Under the pieces are notes generated by a model that saw only the letters and a program-made list of their open reading frames with translations, was not told the origin of the DNA and ran no database searches. From Gammaproteobacteria bacterium (GTDB taxonomy: Bacteria; Pseudomonadota; Gammaproteobacteria; Steroidobacterales; Steroidobacteraceae), in the NCBI GenBank assembly GCA_031431655.1, contig JANPDV010000311.1, forward strand, positions 177-64,176: a DNA stretch of 64,000 nucleotides, in the 5' to 3' direction. Below, in pieces: positions 56,431 through 64,000 of this stretch. The position numbers and the translations under genes were made by a program. Within the stretch, counting starts at the first letter, position 1. Each line of letters begins with the position of its first letter.

Positions 56431-58170
56431 ATGAACGTTCAGTCCGTCGTTTCAAATGAGCTAAGGCAGGATGCGTCGTCTGTCTGGGTCCTTGCGGGCC
56501 ATGACCGCTTCGGCTACTCCGACGGCGCGGAGTCCGAGCAGTACCTCGAGCGGGCGTTCCGCGCCGCGAGCGATCTCAGCACCACCTCCGTCGAGCTCGA
56601 GGCGTGGATCAAGGACTGGCCGAGCGAGTACCACCTTACGGTCAAGCGTGCGCAGCTGCTGTCGGGCTTCCGTTTCGACCGCGGCCTCAAGGTGCTCGAA
56701 GTCGGCTGCGGCTGCGGCGCCATCACGCGCTTCCTCGGCGAGAACTTCGACGACGTGGTGTCGGTGGAAGGCAGCATCAATCGCGCACGGCTCGCGCGGC
56801 TGCGAACGCGCGACCTGCCAGGCGTCACGATCCTCTGTGCACCATTCCAGGAAATCCAGTTCAGCCGCAAGTTCGACATCGTCTTCTGCATCGGCGTGTA
56901 CGAGTACTCGGCCAGTTTCGTGCCGGGGGAAAACCCCTACGACTCGGTCCTCGACTATTTCAGCGACCTGCTGACACCAGACGGTATGGTCGTCATCGCG
57001 ATCGAGAACCAGTTCGGACTCAAGTATTTCACCTCGGCCACCGAGGACCATCTCGGGGTACGCTTCGAGGGCCTCGAGGGGTATCACGTCAACCCCGGCA
57101 AGGTGCGCACGTTCGGCAAGTTGGAGCTCGAGCAGAACCTCCGGCCGCGTTTCCCGGACATCCGCTTCTATTACCCGTGCCCGGACTACAAGCTGCCCGA
57201 CTGCGTCCTTAGCGAGGACTTCATGGGTTCGACTCGGGCCGGCGAGCTGGTGTCGCAACTGAAGTCGCGCGATTATTCCGCCAGGCTGCCGACACTTTTC
57301 GACGAGGCGAGCACCGCGCTTGAGCTCGCGCGCAACAGGATGCTGCCGTTTTTCTCGAATTCCTTTCTAGTGTTCGCGGGCAAGACGGCGATCCACGGCG
57401 CCGAGTTCGGTCAGGCCGCGTACCTGGTGTCGTCGTCGCGGCGCGCGCAGTTCCGTACCCGCACGCGTATCGTCGACGTGGGCGATGGCCGGCTGCGGGT
57501 AGAGAAGGAGCCGTTGTCGGGCGCCAGCAGCACCGAGGCCGGAAAAGTCACGCTGCGAGCGACGCAGTCGCCGTGGATCGACACGCTGTCGCTGCATTCG
57601 ACTACCTACCTTCGGGCGCGGTCTTCTAAACGCAGCCTCGCCGGGATGTTCGAGCCCTGCGCTGCGTGGGTTGCCTTTCTGCGCTCGAAGGCAAAGAAAA
57701 ACGACGGCGTGGAATGGCTCGACGGCAGTTACATCGACTGCACCTGGCACAACGTGTTCCCGGACGGCAACGGCTTCGAGTTCGTGGATCGCGAATGGAC
57801 CTGGAGCCAGGACATTCGCCTGACTGTGGTCGTGATCCGCGCGATCTACTATTTCCTGGTGCGCACCGAGGAGCAGCCTGGCCTGTCGCGCCACCTGTCG
57901 CGGCGCAGTGGCCGCGCGCTGATCGTCGAGATCGCCAAAGGCCTTGGCGTCGCGCCCGGTCCGGCCGATTTCGCCGAGTTCGTCGAACTCGAATCCGGTT
58001 TCCAGTCGCTGGTCTTCGACGTCGACCCGGTGCGCTACCGCGCGGCGCTCGGCTGGTTCCTCAAAGACCGCGCCAGCCTCGGGGCCTTCCGCACGTGTCG
58101 CAGGATTGCGCTGCGGCTGCGCGCCTCGGCGGAAGCACGGTTCGGCATTTCACTGGGGCAAGTCAAATGA
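56431..58170 (+). CDS. Class I SAM-dependent methyltransferase with a C-terminal domain of about 330 aa of unknown function
   Basis: SAM motif I LKVLEVGCGCGAITRFL and post-I DDVVSVEGS. The C-terminal two-thirds has no motif I recognise. Confidence 0.6.
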   Translation: MNVQSVVSNELRQDASSVWVLAGHDRFGYSDGAESEQYLERAFRAASDLSTTSVELEAWIKDWPSEYHLTVKRAQLLSGFRFDRGLKVLEVGCGCGAITRFLGENFDDVVSVEGSINRARLARLRTRDLPGVTILCAPFQEIQFSRKFDIVFCIGVYEYSASFVPGENPYDSVLDYFSDLLTPDGMVVIAIENQFGLKYFTSATEDHLGVRFEGLEGYHVNPGKVRTFGKLELEQNLRPRFPDIRFYYPCPDYKLPDCVLSEDFMGSTRAGELVSQLKSRDYSARLPTLFDEASTALELARNRMLPFFSNSFLVFAGKTAIHGAEFGQAAYLVSSSRRAQFRTRTRIVDVGDGRLRVEKEPLSGASSTEAGKVTLRATQSPWIDTLSLHSTTYLRARSSKRSLAGMFEPCAAWVAFLRSKAKKNDGVEWLDGSYIDCTWHNVFPDGNGFEFVDREWTWSQDIRLTVVVIRAIYYFLVRTEEQPGLSRHLSRRSGRALIVEIAKGLGVAPGPADFAEFVELESGFQSLVFDVDPVRYRAALGWFLKDRASLGAFRTCRRIALRLRASAEARFGISLGQVK

Positions 58171-58940
58171 AGGCAGTGATCCTGGCGGGCGGCCTCGGCA
58201 CCCGCATTTCCGAGGAAACCCACCTGCGGCCGAAGCCGATGATCGAAATCGGCGGCCGCCCGATTCTCTGGCACATCCTCAAACTCTATTCGGCTCACGG
58301 AGTGAACGAGTTCGTGATCTGCTGCGGCTACAAGGGCTACGTGATCAAGGAATACTTCGCCAACTACTTCCTGCACATGTCAGACGTCAGCTTCGACATG
58401 GTCAGCAACCGCATGGAGGTGCACCAGCACAAGGCCGAGCCCTGGCGCGTCACGTTGGTCGACACCGGCGACGATACGATGACTGGCGGCCGGCTCAAGC
58501 GCGTCGCCGGGTATGTTGCAGCCGAAGAGGCTTTCTGTTTCACCTACGGCGACGGTATCAGCGACGTCGACATTGGCGCCACTATCGACTTCCACCGCCG
58601 TCACGGTCGCATGGCCACGGTTACCGCAGTGCAGCCCCCGGGCCGCTACGGCGCGCTCTCCATGGCGGGCGAACAAGTGAAGGGCTTCACCGAAAAACCC
58701 CGTGGCGATGGCGGCTTGATCAACGGTGGCTTCTTCGTGCTGTCGCCGAAGTGCATCGATCTCATCGATGGCGACCAGGTCAGCTGGGAAAGCGCACCGC
58801 TGACTCGGCTGGCGGCGATGGGTGAGCTGATGGCGTTCGAACATCGCGGATTCTGGCAACCGATGGACACACTACGGGAGAAAAATCTTCTCGAGGAGCT
58901 CTGGACATCCGGGCGCGCGCCGTGGAAATCCTGGGAATGA
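58167..58940 (+). CDS. rfbF: Glucose-1-phosphate cytidylyltransferase
   Basis: MKAVILAGGLGTRISEETHLRPKPMIEIGGRPILWHILKLYSAHGVNEFVICCGYKGYVIKEYF is near-canonical RfbF/DdhA. ATGA overlap with the upstream gene. Confidence 0.9.
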   Translation: MKAVILAGGLGTRISEETHLRPKPMIEIGGRPILWHILKLYSAHGVNEFVICCGYKGYVIKEYFANYFLHMSDVSFDMVSNRMEVHQHKAEPWRVTLVDTGDDTMTGGRLKRVAGYVAAEEAFCFTYGDGISDVDIGATIDFHRRHGRMATVTAVQPPGRYGALSMAGEQVKGFTEKPRGDGGLINGGFFVLSPKCIDLIDGDQVSWESAPLTRLAAMGELMAFEHRGFWQPMDTLREKNLLEELWTSGRAPWKSWE

Positions 58941-60013
58941 TCGCTGCCGCGGGTCCGGACGCCGCGTTCTGGCGCGGCAAACGCGTGCTGGTGACGGGCC
59001 ACACTGGCTTCAAGGGCGCTTGGCTCGCGTACTGGCTGCGACGCATGGGCGCCAGCGTCGCGGGGCTCGCGCTCGCGCCACAACGCGCGCCGAACCTGCA
59101 CGACCTGCTCGGCGCGGGCGCTGCCGCCGGTCACCGCGTGTGCGACATTCGCGATGCCGCGGCCACGGCGGCAGTTACGGCCACGGCCCGGCCGGAGATT
59201 GTCTTTCACCTGGCCGCACAGGCGCTGGTGCGCCACGGCTACCGGGATCCGCTTGAGACGTTCCACATCAACGTGCAGGGCACGGCCAACGTACTCGAGG
59301 CCGTGCGCCTGGCCGGCAGCGCACGCGCCGTTGTCGTCGTCACTACGGACAAGGTCTACAGCAACCTCGAAGAGCCCTTCCCGTACCGCGAGAGCGATGC
59401 GCTGGGCGGGCACGATCCCTACAGTGCGAGCAAGGCCGCCGCGGAGATCATCGTAGCCAGTTACCGCGAGGCGTTTCTGTCGGAACTCGGCGTCGCAGTG
59501 GCCTCGGCACGTGCCGGCAACGTGATCGGCGGCGGTGACTGGTCGGACGACCGCCTGATTCCCGACGCGGTGCGTGCCTGGACGGCAGGACAGCCGGTTG
59601 CGATCCGGCGACCGAACGCAGTGCGTCCTTGGCAGCATGTGCTTGAACCGCTTGCGGGGTACCTTCGCCTCGCGGAGCACCTCTGGCGGGACCCAGCGCA
59701 CGCGGGCGCCTACAACTTCGGTCCGGACACTCACGAGGCGGCAACGGTCGAGCATGTCATTCGGCTGGCGCGCGAGACCTACGGCAGCGGCGCGATCGCC
59801 TGGGGCGACGGCACCGAGGGACCGCACGAGGCTGGCTGGCTCGCACTCGAGGTCGCCAAAGCGCGCAACGTTCTCGGTGTGCGCCCGCGCTGGCCGCTCG
59901 CCGAGGGCGTACTTCGGACGATGGACTGGTATCGCCAGCTCGCGACGGGCGCCAGCGCGGCGGCGCTGTGCGGCGCCGACATCGACGCCTTCGAATCCGG
60001 CCCGCAAGCCTGA
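58937..60013 (+). CDS. rfbG: CDP-glucose 4,6-dehydratase
   Basis: FWRGKRVLVTGHTGFKGAWLAYWL, VVTTDKVY and YSASKAAAE (Y-x3-K). ATGA overlap with rfbF. Confidence 0.85.
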   Translation: MIAAAGPDAAFWRGKRVLVTGHTGFKGAWLAYWLRRMGASVAGLALAPQRAPNLHDLLGAGAAAGHRVCDIRDAAATAAVTATARPEIVFHLAAQALVRHGYRDPLETFHINVQGTANVLEAVRLAGSARAVVVVTTDKVYSNLEEPFPYRESDALGGHDPYSASKAAAEIIVASYREAFLSELGVAVASARAGNVIGGGDWSDDRLIPDAVRAWTAGQPVAIRRPNAVRPWQHVLEPLAGYLRLAEHLWRDPAHAGAYNFGPDTHEAATVEHVIRLARETYGSGAIAWGDGTEGPHEAGWLALEVAKARNVLGVRPRWPLAEGVLRTMDWYRQLATGASAAALCGADIDAFESGPQA

Positions 60014-60022
60014 GCCCGTACG

Positions 60023-60583
60023 ATGAGCCGGTTTCGCATTGTCGACACGACCCTGTCGGACCTGAAGGTGGTGGTCCGCGAGCGCCGCACCGACGAGCGC
60101 GGCTTCCTGTCGCGGCTGTTCTGCGCGGAAGATCTGGCCGCTGCCGGCTGGCGCGGTGGCATCGCGCAGATCAATCAGACGGTCACCCACCGGCCGCACA
60201 GCGTGCGGGGACTGCACTTCCAGCGGCCTCCACACGCCGAGGCGAAGCTCGTCAGCTGCCTGCACGGGCGCGTCTGGGACGTCGCGGTGGACCTGCGTGC
60301 TGCTTCGCCGACTCTGCTGCACTGGCATGCGGAAGAACTCTCTGCCGACAACGGCCGGGCACTGCTGATCCCGGCAGGATTCGCGCACGGCTTCCAGGTG
60401 CTCGAACCTGACAGCGAACTGGTTTATCTGCATTCAGTCCCCTATGCGCCGGGAAGCGAAGGGGCCCTCAACGCGCTGGATCCGCGCCTTGCAATCGCGT
60501 GGCCAATGCGGGTCGGCGAACGCTCGGCGCGCGACCAGGCCCATCCGCTGCTGACCGATGACTTTCAGGGAATCGCCGTATGA
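60023..60583 (+). CDS. RfbC-family NDP-4-keto-6-deoxyhexose 3,5- (or 5-) epimerase
   Basis: DERGFLSRLF, VRGLHFQ, KLVSCLHGRVWDVAVDLR, and PAGFAHGFQVL (cupin fold). Confidence 0.75.
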   Translation: MSRFRIVDTTLSDLKVVVRERRTDERGFLSRLFCAEDLAAAGWRGGIAQINQTVTHRPHSVRGLHFQRPPHAEAKLVSCLHGRVWDVAVDLRAASPTLLHWHAEELSADNGRALLIPAGFAHGFQVLEPDSELVYLHSVPYAPGSEGALNALDPRLAIAWPMRVGERSARDQAHPLLTDDFQGIAV

Positions 60584-61806
60584 ACTGTCGTCACTGCACC
60601 GCCAGGCTCGACCTCACCTTGATCGACCTCGGCAGCGCGCCGCCGTCGAATGCCTACCTGACGACAACCTCTCTGTATGCCCCCGAGAAGACGTTCCCGC
60701 TGGTCGTGATGGTCTGTACGCAGTGCTGGCTGGTGCAGACTCGCGATTTCGCCGACGCTGGAGAGCTGTTCTCGAGCGATTACGCCTACTTCAGCAGCTT
60801 CTCGAGCAGCTGGCTCGAACATGCCGAGCGCTATGTGACGTCCATGACACAACGCCTCGGCCTCGGTCCGAGCAACCACGTGATCGAGGTTGCCTCGAAC
60901 GACGGCTACCTGCTGCAGTACGTGGCGGCGCGCGGCATTCCCTGCACCGGCATCGAGCCGACGGCGAGCACCGCCGCAGCGGCGCGTGCGAAGGGGATCG
61001 AGACCGTGGAGTCTTTCTTCGGTGCCGAGCTGGGCCTGAAACTCGCGGCAGAAGGGCGCCAGGCGGACCTCACGGCCGCCAACAACGTGCTTGCGCATGT
61101 GCCGGATATCAACGACTTCCTGACCGGCTTCGTGCACCTGCTGAAGCCCGACGGCGTCGCCACTTTCGAATTCCCGCACCTTTCGAAGCTGATCGCGGAG
61201 AACCAGTTCGACACCATTTACCATGAGCACTTTTCCTACCTGTCGCTCACGGCCGTAGACACCGTGTTCAGGGCCAATGGCCTGTCCGTGTTCGACGTCG
61301 AGGAGCTGCCGACCCATGGCGGCAGTCTGCGCGTCCACGCGCAGCGTACGAGCTCCGGCAAGCGGCCCGTCGCCGCGGCGGTCCAGAGCATGCTCGAGCA
61401 CGAGACGGCCGAGGGTGCGCGCTCCCGCGACTACTACAGCGGCTTCCAGACGCGCGCCGAGAAGGTGAAGGACGACTTCCTGCGCTTCCTGCTGCGGGCA
61501 AAACACGATGGCAAGACGGTGGTCGGCTATGGCGCTGCGGCCAAGGGCAATACGCTCATGAACTTTGCCGGTTGCCGCCGCGACATGATGTCGTTCGTGG
61601 TCGATCGCAATCCTGCGAAGCAGGGCCGTTTCATGCCTGGCAGCCGCATCCCGATCATCGACGAACAGGCCCTGCGCGATACTCGGCCCGACTACGTGGT
61701 GATCCTGCCGTGGAACCTGCGCACCGAGGTCTCGCGCCAGCTCGACTACATCCGCGCCTGGGGCGGTCGTTTCGTGACGGCGGTTCCGGAGCTGGAGATC
61801 AGCTAG
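60580..61806 (+). CDS. NDP-hexose C-methyltransferase (TylCIII-like)
   Basis: N-terminal Cys cluster CRHC...CTQC (zinc-ribbon-like), LIDLGSAPPSNAY, a SAM domain VIEVASNDGYLL, and a C-terminal domain VGYGAAAKGNTLMNF typical of sugar C-methyltransferases. Confidence 0.7.
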   Translation: MNCRHCTARLDLTLIDLGSAPPSNAYLTTTSLYAPEKTFPLVVMVCTQCWLVQTRDFADAGELFSSDYAYFSSFSSSWLEHAERYVTSMTQRLGLGPSNHVIEVASNDGYLLQYVAARGIPCTGIEPTASTAAAARAKGIETVESFFGAELGLKLAAEGRQADLTAANNVLAHVPDINDFLTGFVHLLKPDGVATFEFPHLSKLIAENQFDTIYHEHFSYLSLTAVDTVFRANGLSVFDVEELPTHGGSLRVHAQRTSSGKRPVAAAVQSMLEHETAEGARSRDYYSGFQTRAEKVKDDFLRFLLRAKHDGKTVVGYGAAAKGNTLMNFAGCRRDMMSFVVDRNPAKQGRFMPGSRIPIIDEQALRDTRPDYVVILPWNLRTEVSRQLDYIRAWGGRFVTAVPELEIS

Positions 61807-62663
61807 TGAAGGTCGCGGTCAGCGGGGCGTCGGGCTTTATCGGTGGGCAGGTGCTCAGTGAACTCGCACGTCGCGGCTGCGACGTGGTGGCCACCTCGCG
61901 CGGCGGGCAGCCTCTGGCCAGCACGCCCGTCAACGTGCGCTGGACCGCACTCGACCTGCACGCGGCTGCATCTGGCGCCTTCGAGCGGCTTGGGCGGCCG
62001 GACGTTCTGGTGCATCTCGCATGGCAGGGGCTGCCGAACTATCGCTCCCTGCATCATTTCGAAACTGAGCTGCCAGCGCAGTACGCCTTTCTTTCGGGTC
62101 TGGTGCAACAGGGACTGAAGGCCATGGTCGTCGCTGGCACCTGCTTGGAGTACGGCTTCCAGTCGGGCCCGCTCGCGGCGTCGCTCGCGACACGTCCGGA
62201 CAACCCCTATGGCTTTGCCAAGGACTGCCTGCGCCGCCAGTTGCAGTTCCTGCAGGCGCGCACCGCATTCCGCCTGGGCTGGGCGCGGCTCTTTTACGTG
62301 TATGGTCCGGGCCAGGCCGGCAGCTCGCTGTTTCCGCTACTGCAGCAGGCCGTCGCGCGCGGCGACCGCAGCTTTCCGATGTCCGGCGGTGAGCAGCAGC
62401 GTGACTACCTGCCCGTGACCGAAGTTGCCCGTCAGTTCGCGGATCTGGCGGCGGCGGCCGCCAGCCCCGGCGCTGAACCCGGCGTCGTCAATGTTTGCAG
62501 CGGCCGCCCGATCACGGTTCGCGCCCTCGTGGAAGGCTGGATTCGCGAACACGGCTGGTCGATCGAGCTGGAGCTCGGTCGACTGCCGTATCCGGACCAT
62601 GAGCCGATGGATTTCTGGGGCGTGCCCACGGCCGGCAGCGCTGCACAACGCTCGCGTGGCTGA
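61806..62663 (+). CDS. NAD(P)-dependent epimerase/dehydratase family protein (probable NDP-sugar 4-ketoreductase)
   Basis: GTG 61806 shares its first base (61806) with the upstream TAG (61804-61806). VAVSGASGFIGGQV Rossmann motif and YGFAKDC (Y-x3-K). Confidence 0.7.
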   Translation: MKVAVSGASGFIGGQVLSELARRGCDVVATSRGGQPLASTPVNVRWTALDLHAAASGAFERLGRPDVLVHLAWQGLPNYRSLHHFETELPAQYAFLSGLVQQGLKAMVVAGTCLEYGFQSGPLAASLATRPDNPYGFAKDCLRRQLQFLQARTAFRLGWARLFYVYGPGQAGSSLFPLLQQAVARGDRSFPMSGGEQQRDYLPVTEVARQFADLAAAAASPGAEPGVVNVCSGRPITVRALVEGWIREHGWSIELELGRLPYPDHEPMDFWGVPTAGSAAQRSRG

Positions 62664-63930
62664 CGTGCGCACCGTGCAGCAAGTCGGTGCCGCGCCAGCC
62701 CCCGACGCTTCACGCGCAGCGGCGCCAAGCCGTGGGTGGCGCGCGTTGCTGGTGCCGCTGCTGGTGCTGTTCATGCTGTCGTGCATTTTCGACCCTGCCG
62801 ACCGCGTGCTCAGCCTCAAGGTGCCGCTGTTCGTCGCCTGCTGGGCGTTGACGATCATGCATTGCGCGTTCCACCGCGAGCGCAGCCGCCTGCCACTCGA
62901 ACTCGTCGTCTACACCCTGCTGTTCGTGGCGATCCCATTCGCGTCAATCGTGGGCTACTACGTCACTGGCGGCGGAGATCCTTTCCAGGGCCTGCCGCTG
63001 CTCAAAGGCTATGCGCTGGTATCCCTTGGCGTGCTGCTTTACCTCAACCGCATCGATGTCCTCCCGTACTTCGCGGCCGTGCTGACCGGGCTCGCGCTGC
63101 TCATCGTCGGGGTAGCGGCGGCCGTGGCGGCGAACCCGGAACTGTACGACCTGCTCTACCTGCCCGGCGCGCTGTCCGGCCTGCTTTACCTCGACCGGCG
63201 CGACTACGGGGGCCTCGTGCTGCTGCAGGTGTACTTCGTCACCTCGCCGATGCTCGTCGTTTCGATCGCCTACTACTTTCACCTCGCCAGGACCCATGCG
63301 GTGCGACGTCGCCGCCTGTTCTACGCCGCGCTGTCCGCACTGAGTTGTGCGGCGATGTTCGTCGCTGGCACGCGCAGCAACATCATCGTGGCGCTGCTGC
63401 TGCCGCTCGCGCTGGTGCTGCTGTACTCGCGGTCGCGGCTCAATGGCGCGCTGCTCAGCGCCGCCGCCGCTGCGCTGGTTGCGGGACTGTTCCTGGAGGA
63501 GATCTCCCAGCTGTTCGACCCCACCGAAGTCTCGAACTTCACCAAGCTCTCGCTGCTGCGGGATTACGCCGAGACGCTGTCACAGCCGCTGCAACTGCTG
63601 GCGGGCACCGGGCTCGGCGCCTGGCAGTTCTGGGAGGCCAAGGGCATGAGCTTCTTCATCAGCGAGCTCACCTACCTGGAAATGATCCGCAATTTCGGCC
63701 TTTTCGGCGCGCTGCTGATGCTGGCACTGCTGCTCTACCCCGTGGTATACGCATTCGCGCTGCGGCGTGCGTCGGCGCAGCGCAACCTGGCGCTCGCCTG
63801 GGCTTTTTATCTGCTGATGTGCTTTTCGAACCCAAACCTTTTTTCGTCGATGGGAATTCTCGTGCTGTCTGTGGTGCTCGCCAACCTGTTCCGCCTCGAC
63901 CGCTCGCCGCGCCCGTCGTTCGCGCCATGA
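62656..63930 (+). CDS. O-antigen polymerase/ligase-like polytopic membrane protein (Wzy-like); start uncertain
   Basis: About 10 TM segments, low-complexity hydrophobic sequence, and a position between the sugar genes and a glycosyltransferase. No strict motif. Confidence 0.5.
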   Translation: MADVRTVQQVGAAPAPDASRAAAPSRGWRALLVPLLVLFMLSCIFDPADRVLSLKVPLFVACWALTIMHCAFHRERSRLPLELVVYTLLFVAIPFASIVGYYVTGGGDPFQGLPLLKGYALVSLGVLLYLNRIDVLPYFAAVLTGLALLIVGVAAAVAANPELYDLLYLPGALSGLLYLDRRDYGGLVLLQVYFVTSPMLVVSIAYYFHLARTHAVRRRRLFYAALSALSCAAMFVAGTRSNIIVALLLPLALVLLYSRSRLNGALLSAAAAALVAGLFLEEISQLFDPTEVSNFTKLSLLRDYAETLSQPLQLLAGTGLGAWQFWEAKGMSFFISELTYLEMIRNFGLFGALLMLALLLYPVVYAFALRRASAQRNLALAWAFYLLMCFSNPNLFSSMGILVLSVVLANLFRLDRSPRPSFAP

Positions 63931-64000
63931 TGCGCTTCAGCATTTTTCTACCGGTCCGAAACGGCTGGCCGTACGTGCGCGACTGCGTCGACAGCATCCT
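63927..64000 (+). CDS. Family 2 glycosyltransferase, N-terminal fragment (continues beyond the window)
   Basis: Hand translation gives MMRFSIFLPVRNGWPYVRDCVDSI, matching the GT2 N-terminal pattern (S-I-x-x-P-x-x-N). ATGA overlap with the upstream gene. Confidence 0.5.
   Translation, partial: MMRFSIFLPVRNGWPYVRDCVDSI

Noticed and set aside
58167-63930. Numerous 4-nt start/stop overlaps (ATGA, GTGA, TTGA) at 13507, 19388, 23164, 40910, 44884, 47276, 58167, 58937, 60580 and 63927.
   Set aside because: This is ordinary translational coupling in compact high-GC operons. It was used as supporting evidence for start-site choices, not as a finding.

Overview
High-GC (about two-thirds G+C by eye) proteobacterial chromosome segment covering the replication-origin neighbourhood. 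gyrB-recF-dnaN-dnaA lie on the minus strand (31.9-39.9 kb) and face rpmH-rnpA-yidD-yidC-mnmE on the plus strand (40.1-44.0 kb). mnmG is displaced to 48.9 kb by five inserted genes. Gene order and the DnaA-box cluster in the dnaA-dnaN spacer look Xanthomonadales- or Nevskiales-like, but this is only an impression. Left of the origin block are nutrient-scavenging genes: two TonB-dependent receptor arrays, a CitMHS transporter, two orphan PstS-like binding proteins flanking a phosphodiesterase-like enzyme, PhoX, gamma-glutamyltransferase and an S9 peptidase. Right of it is a Wzx/Wzy-type O-antigen locus with a CDP-hexose pathway that includes a C-methyltransferase. No rRNA, tRNA, CRISPR array, transposase or integrase was recognised. 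The best novelty candidate is a compact cassette at 0.7-3.0 kb. It holds a 54-55 aa cationic Gly/Lys-rich peptide gene followed by a perfect hairpin, then an HExxH (aKG-type peptide hydroxylase-like) protein and an ATP-grasp-like protein, with no radical SAM partner. This looks like an uncharacterised RiPP-type peptide-modification system. The second is a 579-aa intein (Ser1 ... His-Asn/Thr+1) in gyrB, inserted just before the Toprim DxDxD motif. It has both LAGLIDADG motifs and an embedded Cro/C1-like HTH. Other points: an overlapping pair of degenerate flavodiiron-type MBL-fold proteins with a Tat signal on only one partner, two frameshifted genes, and a probable oriC between dnaA and dnaN. 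All calls come from reading the sequence and the ORF translations; no database search was run.
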